A stretch of 33,137 bases of DNA from Solirubrobacteraceae bacterium. GTDB taxonomy: Bacteria; Actinomycetota; Thermoleophilia; Solirubrobacterales; Solirubrobacteraceae. The DNA lies in contig DATBPO010000141.1 of NCBI GenBank assembly GCA_036561265.1, forward strand, positions 1 to 33,137. Reading direction: 5' to 3'. Positions within the stretch are counted from its first letter, which is position 1, and every line of letters begins with the position of its first letter. The notes below the pieces were generated by a model, which saw nothing but the letters and a program-made list of their open reading frames with translations, searched no databases and was not told where the DNA came from. Made by a program: the position numbers and the translations under genes. This document shows, piece after piece, positions 8,551 to 16,912 of this stretch.

Positions 8551-9364
8551 CGTTTTCCAGATGGAGCCGATGCTGCGCCTTGCTGCGCCGTGTCGGAGGT
8601 AGCTGCGCGTCGGCGCCGTGCTCCTGAAAGGCTTGCAGGTAAGCGAGGTCCTCCTCCAGCACCACCAGAGCCTGGGCGCCCTCCATGGCAGGACCGTGAC
8701 CGGGCACAACGCGATCGGCGCCTTCCACCAAGGGTCGCAGCCGCTGGAGGGTGGCCTTGTAGGTCTGCGGATTGCCATCGCCTTCGGCGAAGAAGGGAAT
8801 CTCGATCGAGGAGAGGTAGTCGCCGGCGAGGAGCACCCGTGCCCAAGGGGCCCAGATGGCCATGCCATCACAGGTGTGCCCTGCGGCGGGGTGCAGCTCG
8901 AGCTCGTGCGGGCCGATCGCCAGGCGTCCTGGCACGGGCAGGGGCTGTAGCTGACCCAGCATCAGCGGCCTGCGTTCGAGGTAGTACTCCTCGTCGAAGG
9001 CGCGCAGCTCACGCTGGGCCTCGCCGGGCGTGGCGAGCAGACGTTCATAGGTGCTCTGCGCACAGCCGAGCGAGGCGTCGGGAAAGGCGAGGCGCCCCAG
9101 CAGGTGATCCCAGTCGCCGTGGGTGGCAAGCAGTCCGCTCAAGCGTGACCGAAGAAGAGAGGCCCGGCTCGTTGGCCTTCGGCCGGCTGCACCACCCTCT
9201 ATCCCTGCCTGGTCCAACACTGACGGAAGGGCATCCAGCTCCTCGGGCAGAATCGGCGAGTCGATCATGAAGCACTCCTCACCGGCGCGCACGATCGTGC
9301 AGTTGGTCTGCCAGATCTGACTTGTGACGAGGATGACGTCGGGGTGCAGAGAGACGGCCCTCAC
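8507..9364 (-). CDS. MBL-fold metallo-hydrolase
   Basis: IDSP, THGDWDH (HxHxDH variant), GHT, LLAGD, VVPGHG. Confidence 0.85.
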   Translation of the reverse strand: MRAVSLHPDVILVTSQIWQTNCTIVRAGEECFMIDSPILPEELDALPSVLDQAGIEGGAAGRRPTSRASLLRSRLSGLLATHGDWDHLLGRLAFPDASLGCAQSTYERLLATPGEAQRELRAFDEEYYLERRPLMLGQLQPLPVPGRLAIGPHELELHPAAGHTCDGMAIWAPWARVLLAGDYLSSIEIPFFAEGDGNPQTYKATLQRLRPLVEGADRVVPGHGPAMEGAQALVVLEEDLAYLQAFQEHGADAQLPPTRRSKAQHRLHLENVTAGGSSARSPAAG

Positions 9365-9380
9365 AGCGGCCCCTGCCGTC

Positions 9381-10061
9381 TCAGGCGATGCCGAGCAGCT
9401 TGGCGGCCTCGCGCAGGGTGGCGACCTCGACGGTGGGCTTCTTCTGGCTGGAGTCGAGGACCTCCTTGTGGCGGTTGACCCAGATCACGGGCACGCGCGC
9501 CTTGATGCAGGGGGCTACGTCGTGGTAGTAGCTAGAGGCCACGTGCACCCAGCCCTTCTTCGTGCCCATGCGCCGGGCGCACTCGGTGAAGTGCGCGGGG
9601 TCGGGCTTGTAGGAGCGGACCTGCTGGGCGGTGACGACGAGGTCGAAGTCGATCGGGATGTGGCGGCGGGTCTGCCCCAACAGCTTGTCGTCGATGTTTG
9701 AGAGCAGCCCCAGGGAGTACTTCTTGGCGAGCTTGGGCAACTGGGTGGTGGTTTCCTTGAAGGGCGTCCAGCGCTGTACGGAGTCGGGCAGGAAGCTCGC
9801 GCGGGAGGGTTCCAGGGGCCACTCGATGCGCTTGGCTATCTCCACTGCCGTACGCCGTAGGACCTCGGCGTAGAGCTCATAGGAGCCGCTCTCGACTTCG
9901 CGGGAGATCTCGTGAAATAGCGGCAGGACGAGATTGGGGTCGAGGTCAAAACCCTCGCGCGCTGCCTCCTTGACGAAGGCTTCGAGGATGCCCGACTCCC
10001 AGTCGATCAGCGTGCCGTAGACATCGAAGGTGACGAATGTGACGTTCTTGGGGATGGCCAT
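9381..10061 (-). CDS. HAD-superfamily hydrolase (haloacid dehalogenase type II-like)
   Basis: FDVYGTLIDW motif I, LSN motif II, YKPDP, HVASSYYHD. CATAAT lies 9 nt upstream of the ATG. Confidence 0.88.
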   Translation of the reverse strand: MAIPKNVTFVTFDVYGTLIDWESGILEAFVKEAAREGFDLDPNLVLPLFHEISREVESGSYELYAEVLRRTAVEIAKRIEWPLEPSRASFLPDSVQRWTPFKETTTQLPKLAKKYSLGLLSNIDDKLLGQTRRHIPIDFDLVVTAQQVRSYKPDPAHFTECARRMGTKKGWVHVASSYYHDVAPCIKARVPVIWVNRHKEVLDSSQKKPTVEVATLREAAKLLGIA

Positions 10062-10185
10062 GAGGTGGGCATTATGCCCTGCCTGCCTCCTGGGACGCGG
10101 TGCGGCTGCTTGCGCTAGAGTCCCGCGCCGCTATGGAGAGACTGAGAAAGAAACTGCTCCTCGGTGGGCCGAGAGGAGACCGCTG

Positions 10186-11349
10186 ATGGACCTCCTGGAG
10201 TATCAGGGCAAGCAGCTATTCGCCCGCCACGGCCTGAAGGTGTCCTCGGGCGAGGCCGTGAAGAGCATCGAGGACGCGGTCGCGGCCGCCGCCAAGGTGG
10301 GCTACCCGGTGGTCGTCAAGGCGCAGGTGCTGATCGGTGGCCGCGGCAAGGCCGGCGGCGTCAAGCTGGCCGACGACGAGGCGCAGCTGCGCGAGCATGC
10401 CGGCAACATCCTGGGCATGGACATCCATGGCCACACGGTGCGCACCCTGTGGATCGAGCACGCCAGCGAGATCGCCACCGAGTACTACGCCTCGGTGCTG
10501 CTCGACCGCTCGGCCAAGGCGCCACTCGTGATGTTCAGCGTCGAGGGCGGCATCGACATCGAAGAGGTCGCCGAGAAGACGCCGGAGAAGCTGATCCGCC
10601 ACCACGTGGACGCATTGAAGGGGCTCTCGCGCGAGGAGGCCGTGCAGATCGCAACCGAGGGCAAGGCCGACGCGGACGTGATAGCGGGCGTCGCCGACGC
10701 GCTGCTGGCGCTGTATGAGGTGTGGTGGCAGGAGGATGCGACGCTGGCGGAGATCAATCCGCTGATCGTCACGCCGGAGCGCGAGGTCAAGGCGCTGGAC
10801 TCCAAGGTCTCACTGGATGGCAATGCGCTGTACCGCCACCCGGAGAACCAGGGGCTCTCGGACGCGGAGAACGAAGACCCGATCGAGCGGCGCGCCAAGG
10901 AGCAGGGCGTGCAGTACGTGAAGCTCGACGGCGACATCGGCATCCTCGGCAACGGCGCGGGCCTCGTGATGAGCACGCTTGACGTGGTGGCCCAGGCCGG
11001 TGGCAAGCCCGCCAACTTCTTGGACGCCGGCGGGGGCTCCGACGCGGCCAAGATCAAGCAGGCCGTCGAGCTGATCCTCGAGAACGACGCTGTGAAGGCG
11101 GTCCTTTTCAACATCTTCGGCGGCATCACGCGCTGCGATGAGGTAGCCAAGGGCCTGATCGCGGCCTTCGGCGAGATCCAGCCCGAGGTTCCCTTCGTGG
11201 TGAGACTTGACGGCACCAACGACGTCGCGGGGCGCGAGCTGCTGGCAGCGGCGGCGCTACCCAACGTGCACCCGGCGCGCACGATGAATGAGGCAGCGGA
11301 GCTGGTTGTCGAGCTCGCGGGTAGGGAGAGGGTGGGGGCCGGTATCTGA
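10186..11349 (+). CDS. sucC: Succinyl-CoA synthetase beta subunit
   Basis: MDLLEYQGK, VKAQVLIGGRGKAGGV, EINPL, GNGAGL, PANFLD, NIFGGITRCD. SD GAGAGGAG lies upstream of ATG 10186. Confidence 0.97.
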   Translation: MDLLEYQGKQLFARHGLKVSSGEAVKSIEDAVAAAAKVGYPVVVKAQVLIGGRGKAGGVKLADDEAQLREHAGNILGMDIHGHTVRTLWIEHASEIATEYYASVLLDRSAKAPLVMFSVEGGIDIEEVAEKTPEKLIRHHVDALKGLSREEAVQIATEGKADADVIAGVADALLALYEVWWQEDATLAEINPLIVTPEREVKALDSKVSLDGNALYRHPENQGLSDAENEDPIERRAKEQGVQYVKLDGDIGILGNGAGLVMSTLDVVAQAGGKPANFLDAGGGSDAAKIKQAVELILENDAVKAVLFNIFGGITRCDEVAKGLIAAFGEIQPEVPFVVRLDGTNDVAGRELLAAAALPNVHPARTMNEAAELVVELAGRERVGAGI

Positions 11350-12227
11350 TGGCCGTGCTCGTCGATGAGAACACGCGCCTGGCGGTCGCCGGCATAACGG
11401 GCCGCGAGGGCAGCTTCCATACGCTCAACAACCGCACCTACGGCACCAATGTGGTGGGCGGTGTAACCCCAGGCAAGGGCGGCCAGGACGTCGAGGGCAT
11501 CCCGGTGTTCGACGACTGGGCCAGTGCGATGGCGGAGTCTCAGCCCAACACGGCGATGATCTTCGTGCCGCCGCGCTTTGCGGCCGACGCGATCCTGGAG
11601 GCGGCGGCCGCCGGGGTGAAGCTGGTGATTACGATCACCGAGGGCATCCCCGCGCACGACGAGCTGCGCGTCTACAACACGCTCAAGCGCGACCATCCGG
11701 GCACACGCCTGATCGGCCCCAACTGCCCCGGCATCCTCTCCCCGGGGAAGGCCAACGTGGGCATCATCCCCGCCTCTTTCTTCAGAGACGGAAACGTTGG
11801 CGTGGTTTCGCGCTCGGGCACGCTGACGTACCAGATCGGCAACGAGATCGCCCAGGCGGGCTTCGGCTGCAGCTCGATCGTGGGCATCGGCGGGGACCCC
11901 GTGCCTGGCTCTTCCTTCGTGGATGTGCTGGAGCTCTTCCAGAACGATGAGCAGACGGAGCTGATCGTGCTCTCCGGCGAGATCGGCGGCAGCGCCGAGG
12001 AGGAGGCGGCGCAGTACATCGCCGAGCACGTCTCAAAGCCCGTGGTTGCCTACATCGCCGGCTTTACGGCCCCCGCAGGCAAGCAGATGGGCCACGCCGG
12101 CGCGATCGTCTCGGGTTCCGCGGGGACCGCCGCCGCAAAGGCCCAGGCACTCGAAGCCCAGGGCGTGCGCGTGGGACGCACCCCCACCGAGGTGGCTGAG
12201 CTCGCAGTGCAGATCCTGCGCGGCTGA
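11349..12227 (+). CDS. sucD: Succinyl-CoA synthetase alpha subunit
   Basis: GITG, GGVTPGKGG, ITEGIP, IGPNCPG, SRSGTLTY and MGHAGA phospho-His. Coupled to sucC. Confidence 0.97.
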   Translation: MAVLVDENTRLAVAGITGREGSFHTLNNRTYGTNVVGGVTPGKGGQDVEGIPVFDDWASAMAESQPNTAMIFVPPRFAADAILEAAAAGVKLVITITEGIPAHDELRVYNTLKRDHPGTRLIGPNCPGILSPGKANVGIIPASFFRDGNVGVVSRSGTLTYQIGNEIAQAGFGCSSIVGIGGDPVPGSSFVDVLELFQNDEQTELIVLSGEIGGSAEEEAAQYIAEHVSKPVVAYIAGFTAPAGKQMGHAGAIVSGSAGTAAAKAQALEAQGVRVGRTPTEVAELAVQILRG

Positions 12228-12337
12228 GCGCCCCTCGATCGAGCACCCCGGCTCGCCCGGGAATGGCCACGGGTCCATCCGAGCGCGCCGCGCCAGACGC
12301 CTCTGTCTTCACGATAGAAACGAAGAGTTCTGACTGT

Positions 12338-12372
12338 TTGCAGCACCTCTGCTTTCGGGCTACCTTTGCCCG
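12338..12372 (+). promoter_or_regulatory. Leaderless sigma70-type promoter
   Basis: TTGCAG (12338-43), 17 nt, TACCTT (12361-66), 6 nt, then GTG start at 12373. Confidence 0.6.
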
Positions 12373-14007
12373 GTGGCAGTCGACGCCCGCATAGGCCGCT
12401 CCAGAGCCTCCCGCACACGGCCGCGCTCCACGGACGGGCAGTCGCTGCCGCGCTGGCCGCCGCGGTGGCCGGCGGAGGCGTGGGGAGCGATCGGGCTCAC
12501 CGCGCTGTTCCTCTGTCTGACGATGTGGTGGGTGCTGAGCGACGAGAGCGTGCCGATCTCCGACGCGGGCTTCCATCTGCAGGTGGCGATCGAAGTCTTC
12601 AAGGACCTGCAGGCGGGGCACTTCTCCAAGGCGGTCGAACCGCACCTGCAGTACCCGCCGCTGCTGTATCTGGTGGCCGCGGCAGGCGCGTATGTCGGCG
12701 GCTTGGGCATCCCCTCGATGGTTATCGCCGAGAACCTCTTCTTCGTGCCGCTGCTGGCGCTCGGCTGTTACCAGCTCGGCCGCCTCGCGTTCGGGCCGCG
12801 GGCGGGCCTCCTGGCGGTCGTCTTCGCGCTGGGATCGCCGCTGGTGGTGAAGCTCTTCCACCTGACGATGCTCGATGCGCCGCAGGCAGCAATGGCGGCC
12901 GTATCGGTGTGGCTGATCCTCGCCACGGCGTACTTCACGAACCTGCGCTACTGCGCCGCCGCCGGGCTTGCGGTTGGCCTCGGGATGCTCACCAAGGAGT
13001 CCGTGGCGCTGTTCGTGATCGGGCCGCTGGCGGTGACATTCGTGCGTGGTGGCTGGCGCAATTGGCAGGGCATGGCGGTGTTCGGCGCGGTCGTGTTCGT
13101 GGTCGCCGGGCCGTGGTATCTCAACGATCTCACGCAGGTGCAGGAAATCGGCACCGGCGCAGCCAACTCGGGCACGATCGGCAGTGGCCCGCTTGCGCCC
13201 CCACGCTTCTCGAGTGACAACCTGCAGTGGTACACATGGAGCTTTCTCACCACGCAAATCTATCTGCCACTGTTCCTGTTCTCCGCGGTCGGCGGCGTGT
13301 GGACACTCGTGGGATTCGTGCGGCGGCGCTGGGTGAGCCCGTTTGCGCCAGAGCTGGCGATCGGTGCCTTCGTCGCATGGTTCGGCCTGACACAGACCTT
13401 CGTCCACGACAACCGCTACAGCATGTCGATGCTCGTCTATCTGGCGGTGTTCGGCAGCTTCTGGATCGTGCGGCTGCCACGTCCGGGGCGCATCGCGGCA
13501 ACGAGCGCGCTCGCGATGGTGGCGATCGCAAACACCCTCGCGAGCAGCTTCGGCGTGGGGGGAATCGTGAGCGTCACACTGCCACACGCCCTGCAGAGAG
13601 CCACCAACGAGCCCAGTTTCGCGACGATCTATTCCAACGAAGGCTATCTCGCGCCCACTGCGCCGGACCGCAGCGGCAACATGCTGGGAACGCTGCAGGC
13701 GCTCAAGCGCAGAGGCGTAATCGGCGTGGTGATGCTGCCCTCCGAAGCGCCCAACGAGGCGGCCTTCGAGGAAGGCCTGCTGCCGCTCACCGTGATCGCG
13801 AACCTACAGTTCGGCGAATCCTCCTCGACGTCTGGTCTCAGTCCGTCGATCGCGGTATTCGACCGCGAAAAGCTCGGCAAGAGCCCGGCCCCGCCCTGTG
13901 TGACGCTCAACGACGGCACGGGTGTGTGGATCCGCTTAGGCGATCCTTATGCCGCCGGGGCCAAGAACTTCTGCCCCTCGCACAAACCGCAGTTCTATCT
14001 GCACTGA
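12373..14007 (+). CDS. ArnT/PMT (GT-C, family 39/83-like) glycosyltransferase
   Basis: D..FH first loop, YPPL, MLD, GLGMLTK, PWY and RY motifs. Many TM helices plus a soluble C-terminal domain. Confidence 0.78.
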   Translation: MAVDARIGRSRASRTRPRSTDGQSLPRWPPRWPAEAWGAIGLTALFLCLTMWWVLSDESVPISDAGFHLQVAIEVFKDLQAGHFSKAVEPHLQYPPLLYLVAAAGAYVGGLGIPSMVIAENLFFVPLLALGCYQLGRLAFGPRAGLLAVVFALGSPLVVKLFHLTMLDAPQAAMAAVSVWLILATAYFTNLRYCAAAGLAVGLGMLTKESVALFVIGPLAVTFVRGGWRNWQGMAVFGAVVFVVAGPWYLNDLTQVQEIGTGAANSGTIGSGPLAPPRFSSDNLQWYTWSFLTTQIYLPLFLFSAVGGVWTLVGFVRRRWVSPFAPELAIGAFVAWFGLTQTFVHDNRYSMSMLVYLAVFGSFWIVRLPRPGRIAATSALAMVAIANTLASSFGVGGIVSVTLPHALQRATNEPSFATIYSNEGYLAPTAPDRSGNMLGTLQALKRRGVIGVVMLPSEAPNEAAFEEGLLPLTVIANLQFGESSSTSGLSPSIAVFDREKLGKSPAPPCVTLNDGTGVWIRLGDPYAAGAKNFCPSHKPQFYLH

Positions 14008-14142
14008 GCAAACGCCTCGCGGAGCCGAGCGGACTCCCCGAACCGAGGAGACGCAAGGCCACGCAAAAGTCTGCCCAGGGCTCATGTTCTGCGCGCGCGG
14101 GCCCGAGTAGGATGAGTGCCTGCCTCGGGTGGACGCGCACTC

Positions 14143-15009
14143 ATGACCGATACGTTCCCAAGCGGATTCAGCACACCTCTCGGCGCCCCTGAGGACGCCG
14201 GCGAGCCGACCGGCGAGGTCACGACCACGCTGGCTGAGCTGGAGCGCAAGCTGCGCGAGCTTGAGCGCGAGCTCACATCGATCGGGCGCCGCAGGGTTCG
14301 CCCCGAGGGCACTGGTGCCACCGAGGAACCCCTCGCCACGACCCAAGCACGTGAGGGCCTTGCGAGCAGCGGCCGACTCGTTGACGAGCGGATGGAGCAA
14401 ACGCGGGCGCAGCCACCTGTGCAGCCCTCACGCTGGACGCCCCCAGCGCCATCCCCTCAGCCCGCGCCATCCGCATTCTCAGCGCCATCCATGCCCCCAA
14501 CACCGCCTGCGCCCCCAGCGCGCCCTGCGTCACCCATTAGCGAGGCCACGGAAGAGCGTCCGCGCCCGACCGAGGCGCAGTTGGCGGCGCTGGCAGAGCT
14601 GCGGCGCTTTGGCGAGCGCCTCGAGCGCTTCACTAGCGAGCTGACCGCCGACTACGACGCTGTGCTCGCGCGCGTCATGGCCGCGCTTTCGGGGCGGCCG
14701 ATGCCGGAGGCGCCGGCGCCTGGAGAGACTGCCGTCAACCGGGAGCCCCTGTTTGAGGGTCGCGTGGAGCTGGGAGTGGGGCCGTTCTACGACATCGGCT
14801 CGCTGAGCGCCTTCGAACAGCAGGTGGCAAGCGTGCCCAGTGTCAGCGAGATCTCGGTGCGCCGCTTCGAGGCAAGTCACGCGGTGGTGGACCTGCGCCT
14901 GAGCGCTCCAGTGGCGCTGCTGGCCGAGCTGCGGCGTGTGCTTGACAGCGACTTCGGTGTGCGCCAGGTGGCACCGGGGCGCATCGCGCTGAGCTTCGAT
15001 GAGATCTGA
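14143..15009 (+). CDS. Hypothetical protein (coiled coil, Pro-rich linker, C-terminal alpha/beta domain)
   Basis: Long ORF with genome-typical codon usage filling the gap. LAELERKLRELERELT heptads. Start uncertain (14116 or 14143). Confidence 0.7.
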   Translation: MTDTFPSGFSTPLGAPEDAGEPTGEVTTTLAELERKLRELERELTSIGRRRVRPEGTGATEEPLATTQAREGLASSGRLVDERMEQTRAQPPVQPSRWTPPAPSPQPAPSAFSAPSMPPTPPAPPARPASPISEATEERPRPTEAQLAALAELRRFGERLERFTSELTADYDAVLARVMAALSGRPMPEAPAPGETAVNREPLFEGRVELGVGPFYDIGSLSAFEQQVASVPSVSEISVRRFEASHAVVDLRLSAPVALLAELRRVLDSDFGVRQVAPGRIALSFDEI

Positions 15010-15035
15010 GCCTTTGCTCTATAAGCTTCGCCGCC

Positions 15036-16118
15036 ATGGCAGGCTCGACCATCTCTTTTGCGCGCGGGGCACCGTCGCTTGACATCATCGATGTGCAGGG
15101 TCTGAGCGAGGCGGCGACGCGCGCCTTTGCCAACGACCCGGCGGGCACGACGGCGTATGGCACCTCGATCGGCTACCCCCGCCTGCGTGCGTGGATCGCC
15201 GAGCGCCACGGCGTGGAGCCCGAGCGGGTGCTGGTGACAAATGGCTCGATGCAGGCCGACGCCTTCCTCTTTGAGCAGCTCGTGCATAGCGGCGATGAGG
15301 TGGTGGTGGAGCGCCCCACCTACGACCGCACCCTGCTCTCGCTGCGCGCGCGGGGCGCACGGGTGCACGCGGTGGAGCTCGCCACCGACGGCATCGACAC
15401 CGACGCCCTGGCGAGCCTGCTGGACGGTGGCGCGCGGCCGAAGCTGGCCCACATCATCCCCAACTTCCAGAACCCCGCCGGCTATACCCTTTCGCGCGCC
15501 AAGCGCGAGGCGCTGCTGGAGCTGGCGCGCAAGCACGACTTCATCGTCTTCGAGGACGACCCCTACGTGGAGCTGCGCTTCAGTGGCGAGCGCCTGGAGA
15601 CGATGCTCTCGATGGACCCCGCGCGGGTCGTGTACGCGTCGTCCTTCTCCAAGACCGTGTGCCCGGGTATACGCGTGGGCTACCTCGTTGGACCCACCGA
15701 GCTGATCGGGCAGATCGCCAAGCTGGCCACCGGCACCTACATCTCCCCCAACATGGTCTCGCAGTCGATCGTGTATGAGTTCTGCGTCTCAGGCGCGCTG
15801 GAGCGCTCGATCGAGACCGTCAAGACAGCCCTCACCAAGCGGCTGCGCACGCTGGAGGTGGCGTTACGGCGCGAGCTGGGAGAGGCGCAGTTCGTCGCCC
15901 CCGAAGGGGGCTACTTCATGTGGGTCACCCTGCCCGAGGGCACCGATGTGGGCGCCCTCTTCAAGGCCGCCGCCGAGCGCGATGTGGCCTTCGTCAAGGG
16001 CACCGACTTCCTCATGGAGGGCGGCAAGAACACGCTGCGCCTGGCCTACTCAGGTGTTACGCCAGAGGAAGTCGACGAGGGCATCAGGCGCCTGGCTGAC
16101 GCCTATCGCTCACTCTGA
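15036..16118 (+). CDS. PLP-dependent aminotransferase class I/II (2-aminoadipate transaminase/LysN-like)
   Basis: PNFQNPAG, EDDPY, SFSK (PLP Lys), PGIRVG, RLAYS. TAAGCT lies 8 nt before the ATG. Confidence 0.9.
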   Translation: MAGSTISFARGAPSLDIIDVQGLSEAATRAFANDPAGTTAYGTSIGYPRLRAWIAERHGVEPERVLVTNGSMQADAFLFEQLVHSGDEVVVERPTYDRTLLSLRARGARVHAVELATDGIDTDALASLLDGGARPKLAHIIPNFQNPAGYTLSRAKREALLELARKHDFIVFEDDPYVELRFSGERLETMLSMDPARVVYASSFSKTVCPGIRVGYLVGPTELIGQIAKLATGTYISPNMVSQSIVYEFCVSGALERSIETVKTALTKRLRTLEVALRRELGEAQFVAPEGGYFMWVTLPEGTDVGALFKAAAERDVAFVKGTDFLMEGGKNTLRLAYSGVTPEEVDEGIRRLADAYRSL

Positions 16119-16130
16119 ACCGCCAGTTCG

Positions 16131-16844
16131 TCAGCGACCGTACCGTTGACCGAGCACCAGCTGCTCCGGCAGCGCGGTGCGCACGGGGGGTGAGGGATCG
16201 GCCATCACCGACACCGTTTCGGCGACGCTGGGGGTGATCGCACGCCGGCTTCCGTCGGCGAGCTCGATCACGACCTCCTCGTCGTCGTGCGCTACGAGGG
16301 TGCCCTCAAGGCCCGGCTCAAGGCCGGAGCTCATGAGGTAGTGCAGGAGGTCCTCGGCCTCGTTCTCGAAGCGCAGCACGCGCACCTTGGCGCCGAGCTG
16401 CACATCGGCCAGGGGCACTCCGGCGAGACGCGCGCCGGCGGTGATGGGGTGACCGTGAGGGCAGGTCTTGGCATCACCGATCGCCGCCAGCATACGTTCC
16501 TCAAGCACGGGCGACATGGCGTGCTCCAGGCGCTCGGCCTCCTCGTGCACCTCATCCCAGGGAACACCAAGCACATCGGTGAGGAAGCGCTCAATCAAGC
16601 GGTGGCGGCGCACGATGCCCTCGGCCTGCTCGGCGCCCTGCGCGGTAAAGGCGATCACTTTGTCCTCGCCGCGCGTGACATAGCCGTCGCGCTCAAGGCG
16701 GCCAACCATCTCGTGCACGGTCGGCGGCGAGAGCTGCATGGCGCGTGCCACGTTGGCGCCGGTCATCGGCAGCCCGGCCTCGTGCAGCCAGAAGAGGATC
16801 TGCAGATACTCCTCCTCGGCGACGGTTGCTGTTTCGCTGGTCAT
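16131..16844 (-). CDS. DtxR/IdeR/MntR-family metal-dependent transcriptional regulator
   Basis: EEYL, SPPTV..MVGRL wHTH, RRHRLIERFL, VHEEAERLEH, CPHGHPI and a FeoA/SH3-like C-terminus. TAGCAT lies 9 nt before the ATG. Confidence 0.92.
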   Translation of the reverse strand: MTSETATVAEEEYLQILFWLHEAGLPMTGANVARAMQLSPPTVHEMVGRLERDGYVTRGEDKVIAFTAQGAEQAEGIVRRHRLIERFLTDVLGVPWDEVHEEAERLEHAMSPVLEERMLAAIGDAKTCPHGHPITAGARLAGVPLADVQLGAKVRVLRFENEAEDLLHYLMSSGLEPGLEGTLVAHDDEEVVIELADGSRRAITPSVAETVSVMADPSPPVRTALPEQLVLGQRYGR

Positions 16845-16912
16845 CTCAAGCTGATGCTAGAGGACGCACATGGGCCCGGGCTTGCCGCTCGCGGGACACG
16901 CGAGAGTCGGCG

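Noticed and set aside
10030-10185. Longer sucC start
   Set aside because: It overlaps the divergent HAD gene. The SD and conserved MDLLEYQGK support 10186.
10485-13587. Long antisense ORFs (10485-12029, 12064-13587) and similar shadow ORFs elsewhere
   Set aside because: These are expected shadows of high-GC coding strands, with no recognisable motifs.
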